From NCBI GenBank assembly GCA_018262855.1, contig JADFDO010000002.1:187107-251106 (forward strand): a DNA stretch of 64,000 nt, in the 5' to 3' direction. Position 1 is the stretch's first letter, and the number at the start of each line of letters is the position of its first letter. Positions 1-10,811 of the stretch are shown here, piece by piece. Below the pieces are notes generated by a model. It saw only the letters and a list, made by a program, of their open reading frames with translations. It was not told the origin of the DNA and searched no databases. The position numbers and the translations under genes are program-made. Origin of the DNA: Methanolinea sp. Lineage in GTDB: Archaea; Halobacteriota; Methanomicrobia; Methanomicrobiales; Methanospirillaceae.

Positions 1-2
1 GT

Positions 3-800
3 TCCCGTACCAGGATATTTGAAGGAGAACTGACATTTTTACGAAAAGACGGGAGCAGGTTCCCCGGTGAGATCTCTTCCCGCATCTTCATCGACCGAAA
101 CGGGAAGCGACGGTCAAGCATGATCATCCGAGATGTCACCGACAGAAAAAAAGCAGAGGATGCCCTGCTTGAAAGCGAAAGGCGGTTCCGCGAAGTCGTC
201 CAGGACCAGACAGAGCTCATCGTGCGGTTTCGCCCTGACGGGACAGTTCTCTTTGTCAATGATGCGTTCCTCTCCAATTTCTCAAAGAAACCGGAAGAGG
301 TCACCGGCAATGTCTTCCACCTGCCAGTCCATGAGGAGGACAGAGAGAAGTACCATACTATCATGGAAGGCCTGACCCGGAATGATCCGTTCGGCACCCT
401 CGAATTCCGTATTTATCTCGCCGACGGATCGATACAGTGGCTGCACTGGAACCTGCGGGCATTTTTCGATAACGATGGCAGGGTAGATCAGTTTCAGGCT
501 GTGGGATCCGACATCACGGAACGAAGAGAGAATGAACGGATCATCAGGGAAAGTTATGTGCAGATCGAACAGAACCTCCAGCAATTTGCGATCTTAAACG
601 ATCATATCAGAAATCCTCTTACTGTCATCATGATGCTCGTGGAGATGGACGAAGCGCCTAGTTGCACAAAGATACTCGAGCAGGTTCATGAAATTGACCG
701 GATAATCAGTCAACTCGACCGCGGCTTTCTGGAATCGGAAAAGATACGAGGATTCTTAAAGAAACATTATGGAATTGGCGAAATATCCAGCAACCGGTAA
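3..800 (+). CDS. PAS-domain sensor protein, 5' end outside the window; ends in a DHp-like H-box helix with no ATPase domain
   Basis: Frame 3 is open from nt 3 into listed ORF 120..800. PAS-type segments are present (FLRKDGSRFPGEIS...DVTDRKKAEDALLESERRFREVV; FRPDGTVLFVNDAF...IQWLHWNLRAFFD...GSDITERRE). The C-terminus carries LNDHIRNPLTVI, which resembles an HK H-box. The stop at 798-800 arrives before any N/G1/G2 ATPase motif. Confidence 0.75.
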   Translation, partial: SRTRIFEGELTFLRKDGSRFPGEISSRIFIDRNGKRRSSMIIRDVTDRKKAEDALLESERRFREVVQDQTELIVRFRPDGTVLFVNDAFLSNFSKKPEEVTGNVFHLPVHEEDREKYHTIMEGLTRNDPFGTLEFRIYLADGSIQWLHWNLRAFFDNDGRVDQFQAVGSDITERRENERIIRESYVQIEQNLQQFAILNDHIRNPLTVIMMLVEMDEAPSCTKILEQVHEIDRIISQLDRGFLESEKIRGFLKKHYGIGEISSNR

Positions 801-873
801 ACGACCGGGAACTTTGTCAGGCAATTCATTTTTGGCTTGCCCGGCATCACAATACGGGGATAACACCGTGCGT

Positions 874-1491
874 ATGGCTGAAAATGGGGAGGAATTTTGT
901 GTGAAGACAATTCTTCTCGTGGACGATAACACTGATCTTCTTTCTCTATTCTCGACAGTTCTTACTCACAAGGGGTATAATGTCCTTACTGCTGACGGCG
1001 GAGCCCAATGCACATCAGTTCTTTTGAAACAAATACCCGATCTTGTGCTGCTCGACATCATGATGGAACCTGTCGACGGGTGGGAGGTCCTCTCTTCAAT
1101 CCGGGAAAATCCCGCCACACACCGGTTACCTGTGATCATGGTGACCGGTAAACAGCCGACACGGGAAGAGATCCTCCATCATCTTGCAGAGATTGATGGA
1201 TATATCGTCAAACCGATTACGATCGCTGAGCTCGTTCACCTTGTTTCGACCTGTTTTCAGCGGCAGAAACGTATTGGTGCGTTGGTAGAAGAGGTTCAAA
1301 CAGCTGGGGCAAGTCAGACAATGGTTGAAGAACACTGTCAGCTCTGCCGGCTAGTCGCCGCGGGCTCCGCATTGACAAGAATCATACCCGAACTTACCAT
1401 GGACATTGACGACCTCATCAAGAATGCCAGAAAGCAGATAGATAAAATACACCATGAGTGCCTGATTCAGGTATCAGGTGATTCTGTTTGA
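874..1491 (+). CDS. Single-domain response regulator (CheY-like receiver) with an uncharacterised ~85-aa C-terminal tail
   Basis: KTILLVDDNTDLL...DLVLLDIMMEPVDGWEV...PVIMVTGK...DGYIVKPI are receiver hallmarks (DD, phospho-accepting D, T, K). ATG 874 was chosen because the listed 769 start overlaps the upstream gene. GTG 901 is also possible. Confidence 0.8.
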   Translation: MAENGEEFCVKTILLVDDNTDLLSLFSTVLTHKGYNVLTADGGAQCTSVLLKQIPDLVLLDIMMEPVDGWEVLSSIRENPATHRLPVIMVTGKQPTREEILHHLAEIDGYIVKPITIAELVHLVSTCFQRQKRIGALVEEVQTAGASQTMVEEHCQLCRLVAAGSALTRIIPELTMDIDDLIKNARKQIDKIHHECLIQVSGDSV

Positions 1492-1527
1492 TCGTCAGTA
1501 GACCATCATTTTAAGATTCAAAAAAAA

Positions 1528-1884
1528 TTATTCAAAAAGGATCCTCAACTTGCGTTCGATGAGCGGAGAAATCCTGTACTGCCCGGTTTCGAAGGTACCG
1601 GAGGACCCATACTGGACTGCACATTCAAGATCATCATCCGATATCGCAAGATGGGCCGGACTCATTGTTTCCGTGATGGATGGAGACCCCATCCTGCCCC
1701 TGGTCCGGCAGAGATCTATCTCTGTCCCATGGAGATCCAGGTAATAATACCATTCTCCGATTGGTATCCACCTGTCCTCAGACTTGCGCTCAATCATCTT
1801 TTCAAAGAAATCACTCATCCCATCCGGGGGACCGGTCTCGATCCGGAGCCAGTGCATCTTCTTCTCAATATTTTTTGTTGCCAT
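1528..1884 (-). CDS. Hypothetical protein (118 aa)
   Basis: Only sizeable ORF in this interval with a balanced amino-acid composition. No recognisable motif. Confidence 0.4.
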   Translation of the reverse strand: MATKNIEKKMHWLRIETGPPDGMSDFFEKMIERKSEDRWIPIGEWYYYLDLHGTEIDLCRTRGRMGSPSITETMSPAHLAISDDDLECAVQYGSSGTFETGQYRISPLIERKLRILFE

Positions 1885-2304
1885 TCACCTCACCTCTCAC
1901 ACTTCCTCCAGGTTCACGCTCCGCTCATCTTCTCCTCGCGGCTCAAGAACAGGAGGACCTCCAGTTTTAAGCTGGATGGAAGGAAATAGCTTTCCTAGAA
2001 TGTAAATATAATTGTATCGTGGAATCATCAGAATTTCCATCAGTACACTACACTTTTTCGCGTGGAGATGAGGAGCAATTTGAGAAAAATCGGTGCTATC
2101 GTCCTTTTATACCAGGTTCATCGGGATTTTATTCCATCTTCATGAGCATTGTTCAGTCCCCTATCCAATAGCAGACTTTTCATACGACATTTTTTTTCCA
2201 TGTATTCCATTGACTGACAGACAAGTTCTTAAACAATGAATTAGGAAGCATCCTTCTAAGATACGTGGAATCACGTCCTCCAAGAGATCGGGGGGAGCCT
2301 CCTG

Positions 2305-4011
2305 ATGCCAGCCGCAAATCCAGTTCTCGATGTAACTCTTTTCCTCTTATTTCTCCTCATCCTGACCGGAGCCGCAGTCCTTGCGGGCCGCTATCTTGCA
2401 GCAGTGTTCTCAGGATCGATCATTCGTGCACCTTTTTCCAGGATCGAACATGCACTCTTTCGGCTGGTGGGAACATCTCCTGAAAAGGAAGAATCCTGGC
2501 AGGGATATGCACGGGACCTGCTTCTCTTCAACGCCCTTGGATTTCTTGTCCTGTTCTTCATCCTTATCCTCCAGGGGATTTTACCGCTCAATCCCGGGCA
2601 GATACCCGGATTTTCCCCAGTCGATGCCCTGAATATAGCGGTGAGCTTTATGACCAATACCAACTGGCAGCTTTACAGCGGAGAAGCATCTGCGAGCTAT
2701 TTCACTCAGGTTCTGGGCTTTACTGTGCAGAACTTCCTCTCCGCGGCGACCGGGCTCTGCGTGGCGATTGCTGTTATGCGGGGGCTTACCCGGAAGATGA
2801 CTGACAGGATCGGGAATTTCTGGGTGGATATGATCCGGGCTGTCCTCTATGTGCTCCTCCCCCTGGCATGCATCGCCGCATTCGTCCTTCTCTCGCAGGG
2901 AGTGATTCAGAACTTCGATCCATCGCTCACCACGGCAGGATACGGAGGAACCGGGAGTCAGACCATTGCCATGGGCCCTGTCGCCTCCCAGGAGGCGATC
3001 AAGGAGCTCGGGACGAATGGAGGAGGATTCTTCAACGCCAACTCTGCCCATCCGTACGAAAATCCCACATCGTTTTCTAACCTCTTCGAGATATTCCTCA
3101 TCCTTCTTATCCCCGCGGCACTGCCATTTACCTTCGGGATACTCTCCGGACAGAAGAGGCAGGGATGGGCTCTCTATGCGACCATGATGATGCTCTTTGT
3201 TGCATCACTGGGGATCTTGTATGCCGCTGAATTATCGGGGAATCCGGCCCTTGGCCTGCAGTATGTTCCCGGGGTCTCGATGGAGGGAAAGGAGGTCAGG
3301 TTCGGGCTTTCCGGGACGGTACTCTTCAGCACCTCGACCACTGCGGCTGCCTGTGGGGCCGTGGACGCCATGCATGATTCGCTCACTCCGCTTGGAGGGC
3401 TGGTCCCCATGTTCCTCATTCTTCTTGGGGAGGTGGTCTTTGGCGGCGTAGGGTCCGGCTTTGCGACCATGATTGCCTTTGTGATTGTTGCCGTGTTCAT
3501 TGCAGGTCTCATGATCGGCCGAACCCCGGAGTATCTTGCGAGGAAGGTGGAGATCTTCGAGATGAAGATGGCACTTATTACTATCCTCGTCCCGGGAATC
3601 CTCGTCCTGATCTTCGTCGGAATCGCTGCGGTATTTGAAGGAGGCCTTCTGGGTATCTTCAATCCCGGTCCTCATGGCCTTTCTGAAATCGTCTATGCAT
3701 TCGCATCGATGGCGAACAACAATGGAAGTGCTTTTGCGGGGCTCAATGCTGCACTGCCCTTCTACTCGCTCGCCGGAACGGTCGTCATGGTTGTCGGGCG
3801 TTATGTCCCCGCGATCGCCATGCTTGCTCTTGCGGGCACCATGGCCCGGAAAAAGACCATTCCTCCCGGACCAGGGACTCTTCCCACCTCATCTCCATCA
3901 TTCGTGCTCTGGCTGATTGCAATAATCCTGATTGTCGGGGCGCTCACCTTCTTCCCGCTGTTTGCGATGGGGCCGATCGCAGAGCACTTCGCTCTTGCAG
4001 GGGGGATCTGA
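2305..4011 (+). CDS. kdpA: Potassium-transporting ATPase subunit A (K+ channel-like subunit)
   Basis: 568-aa polytopic protein with KdpA-typical segments ([40 protein letters not shown]). GGGGGAG RBS lies upstream. It is followed by kdpB and kdpC. Confidence 0.95.
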   Translation: MPAANPVLDVTLFLLFLLILTGAAVLAGRYLAAVFSGSIIRAPFSRIEHALFRLVGTSPEKEESWQGYARDLLLFNALGFLVLFFILILQGILPLNPGQIPGFSPVDALNIAVSFMTNTNWQLYSGEASASYFTQVLGFTVQNFLSAATGLCVAIAVMRGLTRKMTDRIGNFWVDMIRAVLYVLLPLACIAAFVLLSQGVIQNFDPSLTTAGYGGTGSQTIAMGPVASQEAIKELGTNGGGFFNANSAHPYENPTSFSNLFEIFLILLIPAALPFTFGILSGQKRQGWALYATMMMLFVASLGILYAAELSGNPALGLQYVPGVSMEGKEVRFGLSGTVLFSTSTTAAACGAVDAMHDSLTPLGGLVPMFLILLGEVVFGGVGSGFATMIAFVIVAVFIAGLMIGRTPEYLARKVEIFEMKMALITILVPGILVLIFVGIAAVFEGGLLGIFNPGPHGLSEIVYAFASMANNNGSAFAGLNAALPFYSLAGTVVMVVGRYVPAIAMLALAGTMARKKTIPPGPGTLPTSSPSFVLWLIAIILIVGALTFFPLFAMGPIAEHFALAGGI

Positions 4012-4012
4012 C

Positions 4013-6082
4013 ATGGTACGGAAACGGGTGACGCAGGTCACCGCCTTTGACCCGGCTATGCTGCGGGATGCATCAGTCAATGCGCTCAAAAACCTCGACT
4101 TGAGGCAACAGTGGAAAAATCCGGTGATGTTCTCCGTTGAGATTGGCGGAATCCTGACAACTCTCATATTCCTGTACGAGGTCTTCGTCCCGGCGGGGGT
4201 GTCCGTCTCTTTTACCGGCATGGTCTCGGCCTGGCTCTGGCTGACAGTCCTCTTCTCAAATTTTGCCGAGTCGCTTGCAGAAGGGCGTGGAAAGGCACGG
4301 GCCGCCTCGCTCCGGCGGTCCAGGACCACCATGACCGCCAACAAAATTGGATCTCCATCCTTCTCATCGCCAGTGACCACCGTGGCCTCACCAGATCTCA
4401 GGTGCGGCGACCTCGTCCTCATCAGGACCGGCGATCTTATCCCGAGCGATGGCGAAGTCATCGCAGGAGCCGCTCTTGTCAACGAGGCTGCGATTACCGG
4501 TGAATCTGCGCCCGTTGTCAGGGAAGCTGGCGGGGACAGGAGCGCCGTGACCGGGGGAACCACGGTGATTGCCAACGAGATCATCGTCCGGATCACCGCC
4601 GAGCCTGGAAAGACCTTCCTCGACTGCATGATCCAGATGATCGAAGGGGCAACGAGGAGGAAGACCCCGAACGAGAGAGCGCTCGAGGTCCTGCTCTTTG
4701 CGCTCACAGGGATCTTCCTGCTCGTCGTAGCGACCATATGGCCGGTCTCTGCCTACAGTGCGGCGGCATCCGGGAGCGGGAGCCCTGTGCATATTGCAGT
4801 CCTGGTTGCCCTCTTTGTCTGCCTTGCGCCTACCACCATTGCAGCCCTTCTCCCTGCGATAGGAATCGCAGGGATGGACCGTCTGTTCCAGAGGAACATC
4901 ATCGCAATGTCGGGGAGGGCGATCGAGGCGGCAGGGGATGTGAATATCCTCCTGCTCGACAAGACCGGCACCATCACCCTCGGGAACCGGCAGGCAGTCG
5001 CGTTCATCCCGGTTGATGGCGTGGCGGATAAGGACCTTGCCACTGCGTCGTACTGTGCATCCTACGATGATGTAACCCCGGAGGGAAAGAGCATCATCGC
5101 CCTTGCCTGTGCATCAGGCTGTCCCACCACCTGTCCCCCTGAACAGGCCGTATTCATCCCGTTCTCGGCTCAGACACGGATGAGCGGGATGGATATTGGA
5201 GGAACCACCTACCGGAAGGGTGCCACCGATGCCATTACGAACGAGGTGAGATCGGCAGGAAGAGAAATCCCCCCGGACCTTGCGCCGAAGGTGACCCGGA
5301 TAGCCCAGACGGGGGGTACTCCCCTCGTCGTCAGTAAAGACCACTCAGTCCTCGGGGTGATCCATCTCAAGGACATCTTGAAGTCCGGTGTAAGGGAGCG
5401 GTTCTTAGACCTACGGAGGATGGGGATCAGGACGGTCATGATCACGGGGGATAACCACCTCACGGCAGCAGCAATCGCAGCCGAAGCAGGAGTCGATGAT
5501 TTCCTCGCAGAGGCAAAACCCGATGACAAGCTCCGGCTTATCAAGGAGTACCAGGATGAAGGGTATATGGTTGCCATGACAGGCGACGGCACGAACGACG
5601 CCCCGGCGCTTGCCCAGGCGGATGTCGCGGTTGCCATGAACAACGGCACCCAGCCTGCCCGCGAGGCCGCCAATATCATCGATCTCGACTCGGATCCGAC
5701 CAAGCTGATCGATGTCGTGGAGATCGGAAAACAGATCCTCATGACCCGGGGGGCTCTCACCACCTTCTCCATCGCAAACGACGTGGCGAAGTACTTCGCC
5801 ATCATCCCGGCGGCGTTCCTGGTTATCTACCCGCAACTCGCCGTGCTCAATGTCATGGGACTGGCTACTCCCGAGTCAGCAATCCTCTCCGCGGTCATCT
5901 TCAACGCCCTCATCATCCCACTTCTCATCCCTCTCGCCCTCAGGGGAGTACAGTTCCGGCCCATGCCTGCCGCCCGGTTGTTCACCTACAACCTTGTCAT
6001 CTTCGGACTTGGCGGGATCGTAGCGCCCTTCCTCGGAATCAAGGCCATCGATCTCCTCATTTCGGTGGTGATGCCACTGTGA
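4013..6082 (+). CDS. kdpB: Potassium-transporting P-type ATPase subunit B
   Basis: [11 protein letters not shown] phosphorylation motif, [23 protein letters not shown] hinge. ATG 4013 lies 1 nt after the kdpA stop (4009-4011). The listed 3932 start would overlap kdpA by 80 nt. Confidence 0.95.
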   Translation: MVRKRVTQVTAFDPAMLRDASVNALKNLDLRQQWKNPVMFSVEIGGILTTLIFLYEVFVPAGVSVSFTGMVSAWLWLTVLFSNFAESLAEGRGKARAASLRRSRTTMTANKIGSPSFSSPVTTVASPDLRCGDLVLIRTGDLIPSDGEVIAGAALVNEAAITGESAPVVREAGGDRSAVTGGTTVIANEIIVRITAEPGKTFLDCMIQMIEGATRRKTPNERALEVLLFALTGIFLLVVATIWPVSAYSAAASGSGSPVHIAVLVALFVCLAPTTIAALLPAIGIAGMDRLFQRNIIAMSGRAIEAAGDVNILLLDKTGTITLGNRQAVAFIPVDGVADKDLATASYCASYDDVTPEGKSIIALACASGCPTTCPPEQAVFIPFSAQTRMSGMDIGGTTYRKGATDAITNEVRSAGREIPPDLAPKVTRIAQTGGTPLVVSKDHSVLGVIHLKDILKSGVRERFLDLRRMGIRTVMITGDNHLTAAAIAAEAGVDDFLAEAKPDDKLRLIKEYQDEGYMVAMTGDGTNDAPALAQADVAVAMNNGTQPAREAANIIDLDSDPTKLIDVVEIGKQILMTRGALTTFSIANDVAKYFAIIPAAFLVIYPQLAVLNVMGLATPESAILSAVIFNALIIPLLIPLALRGVQFRPMPAARLFTYNLVIFGLGGIVAPFLGIKAIDLLISVVMPL

Positions 6083-6657
6083 CCTGGCAGAGATCTCTCC
6101 CGACAGCAATACTCCTTTTTTGTGTAGTGTTCCTCATCACCGGCATCGCATACCCGCTCTTTGTGACGTGTGTCGCCGAACTTACATTTCCTTCCCAGGC
6201 CCACGGGAGTCTTGTCAGGAACGGGAGCGGAACGGTGATTGGATCGGAGTTGATCGGGCTTCCCTTCACCGGCCCGCTCTATTTCGAGGGCCGACCGTCT
6301 TCGACACCGGGATCTCCCTATAATGCCGCCCGATCGGGGGGATCCAACCTTGGCCCCTCGAATCCTGCACTGCTGGAGAGCGTGAATGATCGCATCCGCC
6401 ACCTCGAAAACTTCGGGATCCCGGGGCCCTGGCCCGGGGATCTCGTGACATCCTCGGGGAGCGGTCTTGACCCGCACATCACCCTCGATGCAGCACTGCT
6501 GCAGGTCCCAGTCGTTGCGCAGGCACGTGGTATGGACGAGGATGAAATCAGGGCTCTGGTTTTCCAGAACATCGTTTCGGATCCTCTCTCCCAGGGGAAT
6601 CCTTACGTGAATGTCTTTGCCCTCAACAGGGCTCTCGATGAGCGGGGTGTCCAATGA
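6079..6657 (+). CDS. kdpC: Potassium-transporting ATPase subunit C
   Basis: 192 aa with an N-terminal TM helix and a KdpC-like core (YFEGRPS...[11 protein letters not shown]...[10 protein letters not shown]). GTG start overlaps the kdpB stop by 4 nt. Confidence 0.9.
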   Translation: MTWQRSLPTAILLFCVVFLITGIAYPLFVTCVAELTFPSQAHGSLVRNGSGTVIGSELIGLPFTGPLYFEGRPSSTPGSPYNAARSGGSNLGPSNPALLESVNDRIRHLENFGIPGPWPGDLVTSSGSGLDPHITLDAALLQVPVVAQARGMDEDEIRALVFQNIVSDPLSQGNPYVNVFALNRALDERGVQ

Positions 6658-8594
6658 TCGGCGACCTGGACCAGGACCGGGCGAGACCGGTACCGGAAGA
6701 CCTGCTTCCCCTTGCGAACGCCGAAGAGCGCGCCGGATGCCATGGCAAGCTCATCATTTACCTCGGATATGCTGCAGGGGTCGGCAAGACGTATACCATG
6801 CTCTGGGATGCCCTCCAGAGAAAGACTGAGGGGACCGATGTGGTGATTGGCTACGTCGAGACGCACAAGCGTGTTGAGACCGATGCTCTGGCGGCGTCCC
6901 TGGAGACACTTCCTCCGCAGCAGGTCTGGTACCAGGGACTCTCGATGAGCGAGATGGACCTTGATGCTATTCTCGAAAGGAAACCCTCAATTGTCCTTGT
7001 TGATGAGCTGGCTCACACCAATGGCCCGGGCACCCGGCACCTGAAGCGCTATCAGGATATTGAAGAGATCCTGAGAACAGGAATCTCGGTCTATACCACC
7101 GTGAACATCCAGCATGTCGAGAGCCTGAACGACGCCATTGCCCAGATTACCGGCATCCAGGTCAGGGAGACAGTCCCTGACACGTTCTTTGACCTCGCGG
7201 ACGATATCCGGCTGATCGACCTGACCCCCGAAGAACTGATCGCACGCCTGAAAGCAGGGAAAATATACCTTGGGGACATGGCCGCCCAGGCGGTGGACCA
7301 TTTCTTTTCGACCGGGAACCTGATAGCCCTCCGGCAGCTGACACTCCGGTACCTTGCCCAGCGCACCGATCGGCAGATGGTGACCCACATGCGGGCCCGT
7401 GCAATCTCCGGCCCATGGCCTGCAGTCGAACGTCTCCTTGTTGCTATCCGCCCGGGCCCTACCGCGGAGGCCATGGTGAGGGCAGCATTCCGGGACTCAC
7501 AGCGGCTGAATGCGGAATGGGTGGTGCTCTCTGTGGAAGAGGAGAGGGAGGGGCCGCCCACACCACAGGAGAAGGCCTGGCTCTCTGATGCCATGGATAC
7601 CGCCAGGAAACTAGGAGGGAAGATCGTGATCTACCGAGGAGAGGATGTCGCCCACGAGATCATCAGATATGCCCGCCAGCACAATGTGACCACGATCATG
7701 CTTGGCAAGCCCCGCGGCCTGGATATCCTTGTCTCTCCAGTCTACCGGATCATGCGCAGTTCTCCAGGGATCGATATCATCCTCTTTGACCCGAAGGGAG
7801 CCCCGTCGATCCCACTCGAACAGCAGATCCCGCATCTCCTTCCCAGGGACTATCTCATCACCCTTGTGATGATCCTTGCAGTCACACTCCTGAATTTCCT
7901 GCTGCTCGGGACTATCAGCACGGCAAACCTCATCATCATCCAGCTCCTGCCCGTCGTCGTGAGTGCCTGGTTCTTCTCCCGGAAAGCCTCCCTGTTCGCT
8001 GCAGTCGTGAGCATTCTCGTCTTCGATTTTTCATTTGTTGCTCCCTACTTCACGCTGGATATCTCGGAATGGGAATACTTCATCTCGTTTGCCGGGTACG
8101 TCGTCATCGCGATCATCATCAGCCACCTTGCAAACCGGCTCCGGTACCTCATCCCCCAGATCAGGGAAAGCGAGGCCAGGGTTGCCGCGGTTGCCGGGCT
8201 CTCCAAGGATCTCGTGAACACCGAGGGTTATCACGAAGTCCTGGAGATCCTGGCAACCCACATGCGGGCCTTCGCACCCGGAAAAGTCGCGATTCTTGTC
8301 CCTGACGACCACGGTCTCAAGGTAGCTGTCGGTGACAGTGATTACCCATTTTCAGACAAGGAGATGACCATCGCCCGCTGGGTCTACGAGAACGGGGAGA
8401 TGGCAGGACAGGGCACCGACACCCTTGTGGGAGGTACAGGTCATTATGTCCCGATGAAAGCCCACGGCCTCGTGTACGGCGTACTGGCATTTGCATTCGA
8501 GAATCCGGATACCGTACTCTCGCTGGAGACCAGGGAAGTCCCTGAAGCGATGGCCCAGCTCGGGGCACTTGCCCTTGAACGGGTGATGAAGTAA
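6654..8594 (+). CDS. kdpD: KdpD-like sensor (KdpD N-terminal P-loop domain + USP-like + 4 TM + GAF-like) lacking HisKA/HATPase domains
   Basis: GKLIIYLGYAAGVGKTYTML and LVDELAHTN (KdpD N-domain), a USP-like block (EWVVLSVEE...IMLGKPR), a hydrophobic block around aa 395-500, and a GAF-like C-terminus. ATGA overlap with kdpC. The protein stops at 646 aa with no H-box, and the next gene is on the opposite strand. Confidence 0.85.
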   Translation: MIGDLDQDRARPVPEDLLPLANAEERAGCHGKLIIYLGYAAGVGKTYTMLWDALQRKTEGTDVVIGYVETHKRVETDALAASLETLPPQQVWYQGLSMSEMDLDAILERKPSIVLVDELAHTNGPGTRHLKRYQDIEEILRTGISVYTTVNIQHVESLNDAIAQITGIQVRETVPDTFFDLADDIRLIDLTPEELIARLKAGKIYLGDMAAQAVDHFFSTGNLIALRQLTLRYLAQRTDRQMVTHMRARAISGPWPAVERLLVAIRPGPTAEAMVRAAFRDSQRLNAEWVVLSVEEEREGPPTPQEKAWLSDAMDTARKLGGKIVIYRGEDVAHEIIRYARQHNVTTIMLGKPRGLDILVSPVYRIMRSSPGIDIILFDPKGAPSIPLEQQIPHLLPRDYLITLVMILAVTLLNFLLLGTISTANLIIIQLLPVVVSAWFFSRKASLFAAVVSILVFDFSFVAPYFTLDISEWEYFISFAGYVVIAIIISHLANRLRYLIPQIRESEARVAAVAGLSKDLVNTEGYHEVLEILATHMRAFAPGKVAILVPDDHGLKVAVGDSDYPFSDKEMTIARWVYENGEMAGQGTDTLVGGTGHYVPMKAHGLVYGVLAFAFENPDTVLSLETREVPEAMAQLGALALERVMK

Positions 8595-8658
8595 CGAGAA
8601 TGACAGGGCGAAGGACCGGGTACAGCATAAACGATCCCTGCACTGTGAACTACATCTC

Positions 8659-9198
8659 TCAGGCCTTCCCCGGAAGCCCGATCCGTCTCCTGCAACGGTA
8701 ACAGAACTCCGGTCCTTTCCTGTCGGTGTCCCCTATCCAGTTGGAGAAGTACATTACGCAGCCGGGATACTCGCAGTGCGGGAGGCCGAACGCATGTCCG
8801 AGCTCGTGGATCGCTTCGGTGAAGATCCTCCAACGGAAGAGTTTCTGGTTTGCGGGCATCCCATAACATTCGGGCTTGAGCCGGGAGATGGAGATGAGCG
8901 CTCGTCCCGTACAGGCAATGCCGAACACGTAGTTCAGGCTATATGAGAAGAGATCTGCCCCGGTGATGCCCAGCGGAATCGTGTTTTCGTCCCTTGGGAT
9001 GGAGGAAAGATCAGCAAGAAGCCCGTCCGCCAGGTACTGGTCCCGGTCGTTTTGGAAGTGGCGGGGAGAGAGCGACAGAGGAGTGGATTCCCTGACATTG
9101 GCCGGAAGGATCTTCGGGATATCCTCTTTGAGCCAGGCGATAATGACCGGATCCACCTCCCCGATCGGGACGAGTATGATCCCCGAGAATTCTCCCAT
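8659..9198 (-). CDS. amzA: Archaemetzincin (zinc metallopeptidase)
   Basis: HELGHAFGLPHC (HExxHxxGxxH + Cys) followed by CVMYFSN...CYRCRRR, the second Cys4-type site typical of archaemetzincins. 179 aa. Confidence 0.9.
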   Translation of the reverse strand: MGEFSGIILVPIGEVDPVIIAWLKEDIPKILPANVRESTPLSLSPRHFQNDRDQYLADGLLADLSSIPRDENTIPLGITGADLFSYSLNYVFGIACTGRALISISRLKPECYGMPANQKLFRWRIFTEAIHELGHAFGLPHCEYPGCVMYFSNWIGDTDRKGPEFCYRCRRRIGLPGKA

Positions 9199-9417
9199 AC
9201 GTGGAATGATGCGGCGATCTGATTTATCGGTTCCTCACGCACGCTTCAGGATACATGGAGCATCAGTGATAAGGGAGAAGGAGATGTACTGTGTGACCCT
9301 GACATAAGCCCGGCCTCCCATAGAATATTCCCCATGAACTCGTGGTTCTGCAAACTCATATAAAAATTGTTAAATAAATCGAGAATAATTCATTCAAGTA
9401 TTGGTCTGGGGGATTTG

Positions 9418-10764
9418 GTGATCCGGTTATTGCATGTGGATGACGATCCAGGGATCCTTGATCTGGGAAAACATTTTCTGGAGCATTCCGGAGACCTCAT
9501 CATCGATACTGCGACATCTGCAGAGATTGCCCGGAGGATGATCAGCGAATGCGCCTATGACGCGATCATCTCTGACTACAACATGCCGGATTGCAACGGC
9601 ATCGAGTTCCTCACACAACTCCGACAGAAAGATTCCAGAATCCCGTTTCTCTTCTTTTCAGACTACGGTGACGAGGAGACCGTGATTAAGGCACTCACCG
9701 GTGGAGCAGATTTCTTCCTCCCAAAGGGTATCCATGTCAGGTCGCAGTTTATCCAGCTCGAACATGCCGTCCGGGAATCGGTGATGAGGAGGCGTGCCGA
9801 GCAGAAGTGCGAGAAGATTTCTTCCGTGCTCAGGATCAGGGAAGCAGCTGTCAGGTCTTCACTCTGCCCCCTCGCTCTCTGTGATAATGAAGGGAAGATC
9901 CAGTATGCAAACCCGGCGAGCCTCAAGGTCTGGGGATATCATGACGAGCAGGAGGTGATAGGAAAATACGCCTCAGATTTCGTGGTGTCGCCGGAAATAC
10001 CACCTTCCGCGATCTTCGATCTCCTCAGGCAGAAGACCTGGATGGGCCAGGCAACGGCACGAAGAAAGGATGGAACGACGTTCGATGCCCGGGTGTTCGT
10101 GAACACCATGACCGATGACTCCGGCGCCCCTCTCGGGTTTGTCGCATCGTTCACCGATCTTTCCCGGCAGAAACGTGCCCGGGGACAGCTGGAATCCTAT
10201 GTACGAGATATCAGGTTCGTCTCCGAAAAGGCGAATGAATTGGCCGATTTGGCACTGGATACCGATGTCTCCGGGTTCATTGCGGACGTCCTCTATGACC
10301 TCGTCCCTCCCGGATCTCTTGTAATTTACAGTTCGGTGCATGCCGATTCGGTAATCCGGGTGGAAGCAGCCCGCAGTACGGATGCAATCCTCTCGGAGGT
10401 CGAGCGGGTGATCGGCCGGCCGATTGCAGGCCTTACTCTCCAGTCGACCTCCCAGGGGCTCTCGTCAATGCTGCCGAGGACATTTATTGAGATCGAGGGA
10501 GGTATCGATGCCATCACCTTCGGACAACTGCCGCCGGAACTATGCCGGAAACTCCAGGAATTTCCCCTCTCAGGAAGGATTATCGGGAGCGGGCTTTTGT
10601 GGGGAGGAAAGGTCAACGGAATGACGGTCGCCATCCTTCCCCCTGGGTTTTTTCCTGAGAACCTTGATGTGCTCGATCTTTTCATCCGCCACTGTTCGGC
10701 AGTCCTTCACCGGAGAGAAGCGGAGAGGCAGCTCATGCGTATCCCTGATCTCCCGGAACCATAG
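9418..10764 (+). CDS. Response regulator receiver + PAS domain protein with an uncharacterised ~190-aa C-terminal region
   Basis: VIRLLHVDDDPGIL...DAIISDYNMPDCNGIEF...FFSDYG...ADFFLPKG (REC), then a PAS-like part (GKIQYANPASLKVWGY...RRKDGTTFDARVF...FTDLSRQKRA). GTG 9418 is preferred (GGGGGA RBS). The ORF track starts at TTG 9367. Confidence 0.8.
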   Translation: MIRLLHVDDDPGILDLGKHFLEHSGDLIIDTATSAEIARRMISECAYDAIISDYNMPDCNGIEFLTQLRQKDSRIPFLFFSDYGDEETVIKALTGGADFFLPKGIHVRSQFIQLEHAVRESVMRRRAEQKCEKISSVLRIREAAVRSSLCPLALCDNEGKIQYANPASLKVWGYHDEQEVIGKYASDFVVSPEIPPSAIFDLLRQKTWMGQATARRKDGTTFDARVFVNTMTDDSGAPLGFVASFTDLSRQKRARGQLESYVRDIRFVSEKANELADLALDTDVSGFIADVLYDLVPPGSLVIYSSVHADSVIRVEAARSTDAILSEVERVIGRPIAGLTLQSTSQGLSSMLPRTFIEIEGGIDAITFGQLPPELCRKLQEFPLSGRIIGSGLLWGGKVNGMTVAILPPGFFPENLDVLDLFIRHCSAVLHRREAERQLMRIPDLPEP

Positions 10765-10811
10765 GAGACCTGTCGCAGTTCCATTATCGTGAAACTCGGA
10801 ATCGTGGAAGT

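Noticed and set aside
1885-2304. Search for a kdpF micro-ORF or a leader element upstream of kdpA
   Set aside because: No hydrophobic ~25-30-codon ORF precedes kdpA. The only ATG-initiated reading (MSIVQSPIQ) is 9 codons long and not hydrophobic.
3898-5805. Long minus-strand ORFs (3898..4737, 5209..5805) across kdpA/kdpB
   Set aside because: Antisense to unambiguous kdpA/kdpB coding sequence, with low-complexity Ser/Arg/Ala/Pro-rich products.
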